Origin: Trichormus sp. ATA11-4-KO1
GTDB lineage: Bacteria; Cyanobacteriota; Cyanobacteriia; Cyanobacteriales; Nostocaceae
DNA length: 64,000 bases
Assembly: GCA_019358915.1 (NCBI GenBank)
Contig: JAHHIM010000036.1
Coordinates: 96,001-160,000 of the forward strand
Reading direction: 5' to 3'
The position numbers were made by a program, and so were the translations under genes. Below, piece by piece: positions 10,132 to 19,978 of the stretch (positions are counted from its first letter, which is position 1; each line of letters starts with the position of its first letter). The notes beneath the pieces are model-generated. The model had not been told where the DNA came from, ran no database searches, and worked only from the letters and a program-made list of their open reading frames with translations.

Positions 10132-11277
10132 CTAATATTTAAACCGATGAGTCAATAAGTTAGCAATTTGCTGATTAATAGCTGTGACATCAAAACGCTG
10201 ACTAGCGATCGCCCTAGCATTACTGGCTATAGTTGCAGTAATTTCTGTTTGCTGAAGACAGGTGTTAATTACCTGTGCCAGTTCCTGGGATGCGCCTGGT
10301 GTCACTAGAAAACCATTAATCTCGTTTTCCACTAATTCCATTGCACCTCCAGCTTTGGCTGCAACCACAGGCCTACCGCATAACATAGCCTCAACAATCA
10401 CTCTGCCAAAGGGTTCTGGGGAAGTTGAGGTATGTGCTACCAAGTCACAAGCTGCCATTAGCTGAGGAATATCTGTCCGAAATCCTAAAAATTTGACGCG
10501 GTTTTCTAGTCCCATTGCTGCAACTTGTTGATGTAATTGTTGGACATAATCTTGTTCGCCAAATAAGGCATCACCAACTAAAATTGCTGTTACTTCTGGC
10601 GGACATTGGGCTAAGGCAGCAATTAAAATATGTTGACCTTTCCAAGGTGCCAAACGACTGAAGTGTCCAACGACAAATTTTCCTTGCAGTCCTAATTGTT
10701 GCTGTAAGTGGCTAATATCAGATTCAGCAGTTTGATAATTTTTTACCTCAAAGCCGTTATAGACAATTTCAGTGAGTTCCGCCCGTCCTCCTGCTTGCAC
10801 AAAAGCTGTTTGACTAGCTTGAGAATTAGCAATTACTAATGATGCCAAACGATTCGCCAAAGTCACAGCAATCCGCAGGTTAGTTTGACTAAAGTGTTCT
10901 CGGGAAAGAATATCGTGTAAATGATAAACCAAAGGACGACGAGCGAAAAAACTGGCTAATGCGCCAATGACAAATGCTTTTTGTGTGTTGGCGTAGATTA
11001 CATCATATTCTTTAGCTGTTTGTACTACCTTGGCTAGTAGGGGTGCAAGTTGTCCTAAACTTGCCAATGCTTGCACCAAATTACTTTGTTTACGAACTGC
11101 GATCGCCTCAGTTGTGAAAACTTCTACCGGGATATGATGCTGTTGTAGTAATGTTTTGAAAGAGCCGTCTGCAAATAAACCTACCAAAGCGCGATCGCGA
11201 TACGGTTTAGCAATATCTATTAAACACAGTTCTGCACCACCTGGTTTACCACTTTGGTCTAAGAATAGTATTTTCAT
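10132..11277 (-). CDS. GT4 glycosyltransferase
   Basis: GGAE, SRLAPWKGQ, EPFGRVIVEAM. Confidence 0.92.
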   Translation of the reverse strand: MKILFLDQSGKPGGAELCLIDIAKPYRDRALVGLFADGSFKTLLQQHHIPVEVFTTEAIAVRKQSNLVQALASLGQLAPLLAKVVQTAKEYDVIYANTQKAFVIGALASFFARRPLVYHLHDILSREHFSQTNLRIAVTLANRLASLVIANSQASQTAFVQAGGRAELTEIVYNGFEVKNYQTAESDISHLQQQLGLQGKFVVGHFSRLAPWKGQHILIAALAQCPPEVTAILVGDALFGEQDYVQQLHQQVAAMGLENRVKFLGFRTDIPQLMAACDLVAHTSTSPEPFGRVIVEAMLCGRPVVAAKAGGAMELVENEINGFLVTPGASQELAQVINTCLQQTEITATIASNARAIASQRFDVTAINQQIANLLTHRFKY

Positions 11278-11300
11278 ATAATCTCCGGGAATATCCAGAT

Positions 11301-12467
11301 TTAAGCTAAGAGAATTTGCCGTACTTGTTGGGCTACTTGCTGCCAGTCAAAGTTAGTCACTGCGTAATGGCGACAGTCTTGTCGTGCAGGGATTGATAAT
11401 TTGCCCAAAAGGATCTGTGCTAATTTTTCGGCAATAGCGGAAGCTTCAGTAGAAGTAGTAATTAAATCTGGCGAAAATGATGATAAAATTTCTGGCATTC
11501 CCCCAACAGGGGTACATAAAACTGGCGTACCACAAGCTAAAGATTCAACAATTGCTAATCCAAATCCTTCAAAAGATTGACTGGGCATCACAGTTAATTC
11601 AGCAGCTTGGTAAGCTATAGGTAATTGTGCCTCAGGTAGAAATCCTAAAAATTTAACGTTATCTTCTAATCCCAATTCTTGAGCCTGTTGCTGTAGTGTA
11701 GCTTGCAGATGACCCCGACCTGCGATCGCTAGCCAAACATCGGGTACTTGTGGCTTAATTATTGCTAGTGCTTGTAATAATTTATCAATACCAACTCGAT
11801 GCACTAAACGGCGGGATGTAAATAAAATCCGGCGATTATCAGGCCAGTTTAGCTGCTTACAAGCTTCTTGGGGTGATAAGTTTGGTTGAAACCAATGAAT
11901 ATTCACTCCACCAGGAATAATATGAATTTTGCTCCAAGGTACTTGATATTGTTGATGTAATATATTACCGAATGCTTTGCTAAGAACAATAAAGCGATCG
12001 CAACGATTATAAGTATTTTGTTCTATCCAGCGCTTCAGCCAAATACTGAGTTTACTATTTACCGTCTCTTGTTGACTTTCAGATGCCCAAGGGCCATGAA
12101 AGTTAAAAGTTATAGGTACTCCCTGAGGTAAAAGATCCAAAATAGGAAAGCTGTATAAGGCAAAATGCAGATTAATCGCATCTGGCTGGCCGAGTCGTGT
12201 TTTCTTGAAGTTATGACGAATAGATCCTAGTCGCTGCCAAATTATACTATCTGGATTAGCCAAATTAGTTAGCTTAATTGGCGAATTTAATTCAGTTTCT
12301 GGTAGACCAACTCCACATAGTTCTACCTGGTCTTGATTGGCTGCTAATCTATGAGTTAATTCATAAATATACCTTTCTAGTCCTCCGGGAGTTTTAGGAA
12401 ACCAGCCTATTCCCAGAGTGAGAATAGATGCAGATGTTGAATTTAAATTTTCTTTTTTACCTTCCAC
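11301..12467 (-). CDS. hepB: GT4 glycosyltransferase, probably HepB-like (heterocyst envelope polysaccharide)
   Basis: GGLERY, RRLVHRVG, EGFGLAIVESLACG; the tandem GT4 pair recalls hepB and its downstream neighbour in Anabaena PCC 7120 (from memory, unverified). Confidence 0.55.
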   Translation of the reverse strand: MEGKKENLNSTSASILTLGIGWFPKTPGGLERYIYELTHRLAANQDQVELCGVGLPETELNSPIKLTNLANPDSIIWQRLGSIRHNFKKTRLGQPDAINLHFALYSFPILDLLPQGVPITFNFHGPWASESQQETVNSKLSIWLKRWIEQNTYNRCDRFIVLSKAFGNILHQQYQVPWSKIHIIPGGVNIHWFQPNLSPQEACKQLNWPDNRRILFTSRRLVHRVGIDKLLQALAIIKPQVPDVWLAIAGRGHLQATLQQQAQELGLEDNVKFLGFLPEAQLPIAYQAAELTVMPSQSFEGFGLAIVESLACGTPVLCTPVGGMPEILSSFSPDLITTSTEASAIAEKLAQILLGKLSIPARQDCRHYAVTNFDWQQVAQQVRQILLA

Positions 12468-12914
12468 CTACTTAGCTCCTATGATGTATTGAGCGTAGAT
12501 ATGTTTACTTCCATACCAAGCTCAACTGCTTCTTTTTGAATTGAGCAGTAACTTAATTGATGCTATTAGTACTTATATCCAGCCATTATCTACATCATCA
12601 GTACCTTTCACGTCATACTCTGTAGAGATTTCGCTCAAAAGCATCAATACATTTTTTAAATAAAACACTAATTTATAATCTATTTATTTTGCTCTGTCAA
12701 TAAGTATAATTTTATTGCTTAGAGAGGATTTGCTATAAGAGATACAACCTTTTTGTTGCAGATAAACATACTTATTACTCTCATAATCTTGCTAAGTATT
12801 TAACTTGTAAATAAAAATGCTTATAAATAATATAGTGGTCTGAACTCAATTGTGAAAATTATAATCAGGTTACTCTTTTATTTCAAAAGTAAATATTAAT
12901 ACATTAGATAAATA

Positions 12915-13045
12915 TAAGTAGGTAGGCACAAATAAAATCAACTATGTAAAGAAAAATGAATCAGCTTAAAACCCTCTTCCCTTCTGCCTCCTGCCTTCTG
13001 CCTTCTGCCTTATCCTAGCGATAAATTTTCCCACCCACCTACTTA
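12915..13045. mobile_element. Putative MITE-like element with internal (CTGCCTT)n
   Basis: Ends TAAGTAGGTAGG / CCCACCTACTTA (11/12 inverted match). Confidence 0.55.
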
Positions 13046-13491
13046 AACTTAAAAGTTTGTGTAGTTTTGATGAATTTTTGGTAAATATGACAATTTCAAT
13101 CTCAACTATTTGTTATTTATGTATAGATGATGCTAAAAGAAAGATTAGTAAATAGAAACTTTGACACTGGGTGCTGAAAAGATGATAGTCCTAAACAAGC
13201 AAGAGTCTATAGTTTCAAGGGGAGCATTCCAGGATTATTAATTACTATTTAGCTAATACAGATTTACAAGTACAGTAAAAAATCGGTATTGCTAATTTGC
13301 AAGTATTAATTTAACTCAAATTAAGGCGAAGTAGCGCCTTGCTTGAGTTATCAAAGCTGTAGCGACTGTTATTGCCAAAATTGAAAAAATCGTTTTTTAG
13401 CCTCAGAGACAGCATGGCAAAAAGTATGCTGTAAATAATTCTTCTAAAAAGTAAGTTTTGGTACTTATTTTGATTTTCCCCCAGTTACTGA

Positions 13492-15738
13492 ATGCCATTG
13501 ATAATAATGGTTAAAAATAATATGCGAAATGGACTAATGCCGCAGTTGGGTAAAATTTCTCAAAAGCTTCATCAATATATCAATAAGCTATTTAATTCAC
13601 GAAACTTTCGCAAGTTAAAATTTATCAATTTGCTATTGGTTATAGGTATCGGATTAATTTTTACCTCCATCAGCATGATAACAGATTGGGCTACAAGTAA
13701 AACACCTACAACTGCATACCAAACATCTTGGATTGGTAATACTTTTCGTGGAGGAGATAAGTGGGTACAAAATAATATTGAAGCAATGTATGTTGCTCCC
13801 AATGGCATAGTTTATACCAATAGTATTTGGGATGAATCAGGAAGAGAAGCAGGCATATATAAAGATGGCGATGTGATTGGTAAGCTGAGTGATACTCACG
13901 GCTGGAGTCGTGGCGGTGGTCAAGCTGTAACAGCAAATAGTAAATATGTTTACATTGCCATGCGCCAAGGATCAGTTAACAGGAAAGATCAAGATTATCC
14001 GCCGGATGGCACAACTTGGTATTGTGTCAGACGCTATAATTTGTCTGGCAAACCTGCACCCTTTGCTGAAGGGCGTGGTTGGGATAAAAGTATGTTAATT
14101 ATCAGTGATAAAAGTAAAGTTACTGGATTAGCTACTGCTGGAAAAGAGTTATATGTCAGCGATGCTGCTGCTAACCGGGTGCGTGTCTATAATACCGACA
14201 CAATGAAGGAACTACGTAGCTTTAGTGTTGCTAGACCAGGGGTAATAACTGTTGATAAACAAGGCAATTTGTGGATTATTCAAGGCAAAAACAGTGATAC
14301 TCCTGCCAAGATTCGGCATTATTCTCAAGAAGGAAAGCAATTACCCCCAGAGATTACCGATGTTGTCGAACCAAGTGCGATCGCAGTTGATCGTCAAGGT
14401 AGATTGTTAGTAGCAGAAAATGGCCCCCGTCAACAAGTGCTGATTTACAAAATTGAGGATCAGCCAGTACAGGTTGGTACTCTTGGCAGCAAAGGTGGTG
14501 TATACAGTGGTGTTCCTGGTGAAGTTAAAGATTTGAAACTTTACGGTCTTACCGGAGTGGGTACAGACAGCGCAGGCAATATCTATGTAAATAGTAATGG
14601 TTTCAATTGGTCAGGCACAGATTTACGCAAGTTTTCACCATCAGGAAAGCTGTTATGGCAATTACTGGGTTTAATGTTTGTCGATAACGCTGATGCTGAC
14701 TCCAAGACTGATGGAGTAGATGTATTTACTAAGCAAGAACAATTCTTAATGGACTATGGTAAGTCTGCTGGTAAGCAATGGACTTACAAAGCCTACACAT
14801 TAAATCCTTTCAAATATCCGCAAGATCCACGCTTGCACACATCGCCAGATGCTACCTGGGTGCGCCGAATCAAAGGTAAACCATTTGTATTCCTCACCGA
14901 TATGTATGAAAGCTTTCTGCAAATTTATCGCTTCAATCCAGACAAGGATGGCAAAATTGCGATTCCGGCGGGAATGTTTGTTGGTACTCATGGCGGCGGT
15001 GGTAAATCAATGCGGGGAAATTGGCCGCCGGATCAACCGGAAACAGGAGAATGGATCTGGCGCGATCGCAACGGTAACGGTAAATTTGAAAAAAATGAAT
15101 ATGATACCAGTAAAGATTATCCTTACATCGGGGGATGGTGGGTAGACAGTAAAGGCGATGTCTGGAAAACCTTGCGAACTGAAGACGGCATCCGGCATTA
15201 TCCTTTGCAGGGACTAGATGATCATGGCAATCCCATCTACACCTATCGTTCCATGCAAAAGCAAAAAACACCGAGCATATTTACAGATTTGCGGCGGATT
15301 GAGTATTTACCAGAAACAGATACGATGTATTTGTCAGGCTTCACTGTAGATCATCCTGCCACTGGTGATGATACTAAAGTTGTAGGCTCAGAGATTGTGC
15401 GTTTTGACAATTGGAGTCAGGGAAATAGCACCCCTCGTTGGCGGATAGTAGTTCCTTACGACACCACAGGTAAACGCGAAGTTGCCACCGCCGCTATGAG
15501 TGTGGCGGGAGACTATGTTTTTGCTGTGACAGTGAAGACGGCAGAAGTGTACGTTTATCATGCCAAAACAGGAGCTACTGTACAAAAGTTAAAACCCGGC
15601 CCAGAAGTTGCAGGCGAAAGTGGCTGGATTGATATACCCTATGGTATTCGGGCTTTTCGCCGTGCCAATGGTGAGTATTTAGTGTTTGTGGAAGAAGATG
15701 CAAAAGGCAAGGTGATTGTGTATCGGCTGAAAAAATAA
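13492..15738 (+). CDS. Membrane-anchored or secreted NHL-like beta-propeller protein
   Basis: N-terminal TM; repeats LYVSDAAANRVRVY, PSAIAVDRQGRLLVAE, GVGTDSAGNIYV. Confidence 0.8.
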   Translation: MPLIIMVKNNMRNGLMPQLGKISQKLHQYINKLFNSRNFRKLKFINLLLVIGIGLIFTSISMITDWATSKTPTTAYQTSWIGNTFRGGDKWVQNNIEAMYVAPNGIVYTNSIWDESGREAGIYKDGDVIGKLSDTHGWSRGGGQAVTANSKYVYIAMRQGSVNRKDQDYPPDGTTWYCVRRYNLSGKPAPFAEGRGWDKSMLIISDKSKVTGLATAGKELYVSDAAANRVRVYNTDTMKELRSFSVARPGVITVDKQGNLWIIQGKNSDTPAKIRHYSQEGKQLPPEITDVVEPSAIAVDRQGRLLVAENGPRQQVLIYKIEDQPVQVGTLGSKGGVYSGVPGEVKDLKLYGLTGVGTDSAGNIYVNSNGFNWSGTDLRKFSPSGKLLWQLLGLMFVDNADADSKTDGVDVFTKQEQFLMDYGKSAGKQWTYKAYTLNPFKYPQDPRLHTSPDATWVRRIKGKPFVFLTDMYESFLQIYRFNPDKDGKIAIPAGMFVGTHGGGGKSMRGNWPPDQPETGEWIWRDRNGNGKFEKNEYDTSKDYPYIGGWWVDSKGDVWKTLRTEDGIRHYPLQGLDDHGNPIYTYRSMQKQKTPSIFTDLRRIEYLPETDTMYLSGFTVDHPATGDDTKVVGSEIVRFDNWSQGNSTPRWRIVVPYDTTGKREVATAAMSVAGDYVFAVTVKTAEVYVYHAKTGATVQKLKPGPEVAGESGWIDIPYGIRAFRRANGEYLVFVEEDAKGKVIVYRLKK

Positions 15739-15891
15739 AACTCAAGATCGCCCTTTGGGTTGCTCCTCTGGAGCATCGCCTGTACAAGAGTATCAGGCTG
15801 TACGCAATTGAATCAAGCCCGACACTAGGGGTTTCTACCTACCTTGGGATACAAGGACTGTTTCGCCCACAATTTCACTCGGTTTTAAACC

Positions 15892-15978
15892 TTCACTTCC
15901 CCAATGACTGCGAATAGAATTACCAAACTGTTCAGCATTATCTTCAAGGCTACTAATAAAATAACGAGTTTCAACTGT
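15892..15978 (-). pseudogene. ISAs1-family transposase fragment
   Basis: ETRYFISSL...IRSHWG, typical of the ISAs1 transposase C-terminal region. Confidence 0.75.
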
Positions 15979-15997
15979 CAGTAGACCGAAAAGTTTT

Positions 15998-16128
15998 GCG
16001 ATCGCGCGCAGCGATGCCCGTAAGGGCTGTAGAACGCCTTCTCTACGAGACACTACGTGTAGCTTGCTTCCCGAAGGGTACGCGAAGCGTCTCGTAGAGA
16101 AGAATTCGTTGAGTGTGCGTAAGTCCTA
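15998..16128. repeat. Nested small dispersed repeats ending in an IS-end-like TGCGTAAGTCCTA
   Basis: CTTCTCTACGAGAC...GTCTCGTAGAGAAG inverted pair; the terminal 13-mer also occurs at 45156-45168. Confidence 0.6.
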
Positions 16129-16276
16129 TAAATATTTAATAAAAATCCAGTCGCCAGGAAGCGTTGGAACACCAACTGTATCCTAGTCATCATCAACGTG
16201 TTCATCCTCGCGTATCCAAATATTCGCCGTCGCTAGTTTGAAAGAGATAGTAATCAAATGCTCATTAGCTTACCAA

Positions 16277-18055
16277 TCAAAACGGTGTTTTTGTAAATAA
16301 ATGAATAATTTGCCCTGAAAGCGGATGCTCAAAGCAAAGTTCTCTGGCGTGCAGATGTAGCCGACTGGTAACGGCGCTGCATCCATAAAGTTTATCTCCT
16401 AAAATAGTTACCCCCAGTTCTTGCTTATCGGCGGCGTGAACCCTTAACTGATGGGTGCGTCCTGTTAGGGGTATAAATTCTATACGTGTATAGTCTCCTT
16501 CCCTCGCCAGCACTCGGTATTTCGTCACGCTGGGTTTACCATGTTGCCAATTCACTTGCTGATAAGGGCGATGCTGCGGATCTCCCCATAACGGCAGTTC
16601 AATGACACCTTGCTCAACTGTCACAGCACCAGCAAGTATGGCTTCATAAACTTTGTGAACTTGGCGTTGCTGAAATTGCCGACTGAGTTGACGATGGGTT
16701 TGGCTATCTCGTGCTAGGAGTAAAATACCAGAAGTCTCCTGATCCAGGCGATGCACGGTCATAATTTCCTTGCCCTCTGGTAACAAATAACGTAAGCGAC
16801 TGAGAACACTATCTTGCTGATAACGACCAGGAACTGAAAGTAATCCTGGAGGTTTGTTCACAGCAATCAGCCATTCGTCTTCATAAATAACAGGGAACAG
16901 GTGTGTTTCTGGTATTGGTAGCGAAAGGCTGATCTCTTTCCTGTTAGATAAATTTTTTAATCCCGAAAGCAAAAACCCCATCAAAGGCTGACAGCGTTCG
17001 GCACAAGCACCATAAAATTCTCCCTGTACTTTATCTTGATTTATGGAAGACTTTCCCCACCAAAACTCTGCCATAGCCAATGGTTTGAGTCCATGTGTTG
17101 CCGCATAGTGCAACAGCTTAGGCGCACAACAATCTCCTGTACCTGTAGGTATGGAGCCACTTGGCATTAATTGTTGCAATGATACAGATTGCCCTAAAAA
17201 ATTCATCAGCGAGTAAGTGGCGTGCATCTGAGCCTGTAATTGCCGGGATAGTGCTTTCCGTCGTTGTTTTAATTCCTGTATTCGCGTATCTGCTTCGGCG
17301 ATTAACTGCTGAAGCGGCTGTAACATAGCATTTTGCTTCGCTTTAAATTTACGTCGCTCAATTCCCTGTTGACGGCTTTCTTCGTCGAGTTGTTCTAGGG
17401 CTGTATCCAGTGTTTCCCCTGCAAGGTTCTGGTAAAGTATTTGACGTTTTTTCTGTCGTTGCTGTTTGTCATGGCAATGGCGATCGCTCATTTGTTGCAA
17501 GTGCTGCTGAAATTCGTAAAATAGGGTTTCATACTGCTGCCTTTGAGTTAGTTGCTGTAGGGTAATGAGTTCCTGCTTGATAGCATCTAGTTCAGCTAGG
17601 GTGTGGGCTTCCTCTAAGGCTACTTCATCTCTTCCCGGAATCGGCGGAACCCAACCCTCAATTACACTACAACCATGCAAAAGACCAGAAAATGCTTTGA
17701 GTACTTGTGCTTCGCCAGTAGGCATTTCCGCCAGTAATACGCCATACATTTTACTCTCACGATGATTAAATTCATCTGTGGCAAGTTGCTGCATTAAATC
17801 ACGAGCGATCGCCTCTACGAAAGCAGTGCGGGGTAACCTAAGTAGATCGCCGCTTTGAGGACAACGCCCTTCATACCAATAGCTAGGAGATGAGTCGCTG
17901 ACCACAGAATTACTGTTTAATGAATTGAGAAATATCATGATTAAGATACCGTATAACCCCGACTTTATCCATGTACATAACAAAGTATTTTGCTCAACAA
18001 CCATGCCAAGATAGAAAGTAGAGCATGAAAAGTGCTGACTTAAAAAACCGCCCAC
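16277..18055 (-). CDS. Long RluA-family pseudouridine synthase (start likely ATG near 17938)
   Basis: VNKPPGLLSVPG, HRLDQETSG, TGRTHQLRVH, LHLHA; N-terminal coiled coil and Cys-motif domain. Confidence 0.9.
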   Translation of the reverse strand: MGGFLSQHFSCSTFYLGMVVEQNTLLCTWIKSGLYGILIMIFLNSLNSNSVVSDSSPSYWYEGRCPQSGDLLRLPRTAFVEAIARDLMQQLATDEFNHRESKMYGVLLAEMPTGEAQVLKAFSGLLHGCSVIEGWVPPIPGRDEVALEEAHTLAELDAIKQELITLQQLTQRQQYETLFYEFQQHLQQMSDRHCHDKQQRQKKRQILYQNLAGETLDTALEQLDEESRQQGIERRKFKAKQNAMLQPLQQLIAEADTRIQELKQRRKALSRQLQAQMHATYSLMNFLGQSVSLQQLMPSGSIPTGTGDCCAPKLLHYAATHGLKPLAMAEFWWGKSSINQDKVQGEFYGACAERCQPLMGFLLSGLKNLSNRKEISLSLPIPETHLFPVIYEDEWLIAVNKPPGLLSVPGRYQQDSVLSRLRYLLPEGKEIMTVHRLDQETSGILLLARDSQTHRQLSRQFQQRQVHKVYEAILAGAVTVEQGVIELPLWGDPQHRPYQQVNWQHGKPSVTKYRVLAREGDYTRIEFIPLTGRTHQLRVHAADKQELGVTILGDKLYGCSAVTSRLHLHARELCFEHPLSGQIIHLFTKTPF

Positions 18056-18217
18056 ACTTCGACAAGTGATACAGTGAACCTGTCGAACTACTCAGTGACC
18101 GCAAGGGGCGGAGCTTGTACCAAGTGCGAAAGCCCTGAGTATTCTTCTTCTGACTCAGCACTCAGCACTCAGCACTGAGTCAGGTCAAATTCAGCAAGAG
18201 GAAGGCTAAAAAACGCT

Positions 18218-19177
18218 GTGCAGATAACATTTTTAGGGACGAGTTCCGGTGTACCCACGCGATCGCGCAATGTTTCTAGCGTGGCGCTGAGATTACCTCA
18301 AAGGGCAGAACTGTGGTTATTCGACTGTGGCGAAGGTACTCAGCATCAACTTTTACGGAGTGACCTAAAAATCAGTCAACTATCCCGAATTTTTATCACC
18401 CATATGCACGGCGACCACATTTTTGGCTTGATGGGACTTCTTGCCAGTTGCGGTTTAGCTGGTAATGTGCAACGAGTTGATATCTACGGACCACCTGGAT
18501 TAAATGAATACATCCAAGCTGCCATACGTTACTCTCACACACATTTTTCCTATCCAGTTAAAGTTCACGTTGTCCGCCCAGGAATCATCTATGAAGATAA
18601 TGAGTTTACAGTTAGCTGTGGTGTTTTACATCACCGCATTACAGCTTTTGGTTACCGCATAGCAGAAAAAGACCGCCCAGGACGCTTTGATGTGGAAAAA
18701 GCCAAGGCGTTGCAAATTCCTCCTGGTCGGATTTACGGTCAACTCAAACGTGGTGAAACGGTAACACTAGCCGATGGACGAGTGATTAATGGTACTGAGT
18801 TATGTGGTGAGACAGAAATTGGGCGCAAAATCGCCTATTGTACAGATACCATTTATTCCGAAGGTGCGGTGGAGTTAGCACAGGATGCGGATGTGTTAAT
18901 TCATGAGGCTACCTTTGCCCATCAAGATGCAGACTTGGCTTTTCAGCGATTGCATTCCACAACCACAATGGCAGCGCAAACAGCTTTAGTTGCTGAGGCA
19001 CATCGGTTAATTATGACTCATTTCAGTCCCCGCTATGCTCCTGGAAATACCGTGGAGTTAAAAGATTTACTTCATGAGGCCAGGGCTATTTTTCCGAATA
19101 CAGATATGGCTTATGATTTCATGACTTATAGTGTACCTAGACGGAGGCAAGCCGAGTTAATTAAAATGAGCAATTGA
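18218..19177 (+). CDS. rnz: Ribonuclease Z
   Basis: [34 protein letters not shown]. Confidence 0.97.
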   Translation: MQITFLGTSSGVPTRSRNVSSVALRLPQRAELWLFDCGEGTQHQLLRSDLKISQLSRIFITHMHGDHIFGLMGLLASCGLAGNVQRVDIYGPPGLNEYIQAAIRYSHTHFSYPVKVHVVRPGIIYEDNEFTVSCGVLHHRITAFGYRIAEKDRPGRFDVEKAKALQIPPGRIYGQLKRGETVTLADGRVINGTELCGETEIGRKIAYCTDTIYSEGAVELAQDADVLIHEATFAHQDADLAFQRLHSTTTMAAQTALVAEAHRLIMTHFSPRYAPGNTVELKDLLHEARAIFPNTDMAYDFMTYSVPRRRQAELIKMSN

Positions 19178-19290
19178 ACAAGAAGGAAGAAGTCAGAAGG
19201 AAGATCGTCCTTCTGACTTTGTTAAACCTGGATACCAAGAGATTTTCAAGCTTGTTTTTTGTCCCATGTGATAAGTAGAAAGATTTAATA

Positions 19291-19360
19291 AAATAAAAGT
19301 TTGTAGTTAGCGGCTCTAGCCCTTTAAAACCTTGCAATAAAGCGATAAATCGCTCACTAC
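19291..19360 (+). repeat. Dispersed ~65-bp repeat, diverged copy
   Basis: AAATAAAAGTTTGTAGT..GGCTCTAGCCCT..AAAACCTTG..CTCACTAC, similar to the copies at 39206 and 40664. Confidence 0.75.
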
Positions 19361-19978
19361 GAACAAAAATTTCTCTTACATTTAAGTATGTCTACTTACT
19401 CACAAGCACTTCAACTGACAAACCGGAAAATATTGGAGATATTTACACAATCTTGAATTGCCATAATCAATCTCAAATAAAAATGTATTATCATTTACTT
19501 TTTAAATAAAAAAGTACTTAAAAGTACAGCTTATATTATACATATTTAAATATTTGCAAATTACTAATATGTATATTTTATTATGGATTTTTTTCTGATT
19601 TACAAATTGCTAATTTTAAAAATATTACCAGTGCAAACTGTTACTATTTAGTAGAGCATGATGCTTATATTCCTCTAAAAGGTATTAATTTGCGATTTAG
19701 TCAATTTTATCTATAAGCAATTTGATTCACATGAAAGTATTTTTATATACCTATTATTTGCAAACAGAAAATATCATCAAAGCATCATTTTTTATTGATA
19801 TAAATAAAGTACTTGCGTGTCAATTAAAGCCGAATTAATTATTCCACAAATTCTTCATATCTCAAACAAGAAACATTGAGTATTATGTTGAGTCTATAGG
19901 TTGATAAAACTTCATTTACAATCAATGGTCTCATAATCGTCCATATATATTGTTTCTGTATTTCGATAGTAGAGGAAT

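Noticed and set aside
15835..16053. 72-aa ORF as a real gene
   Set aside because: Chimera of repeat-derived sequence and an ISAs1 transposase scrap.
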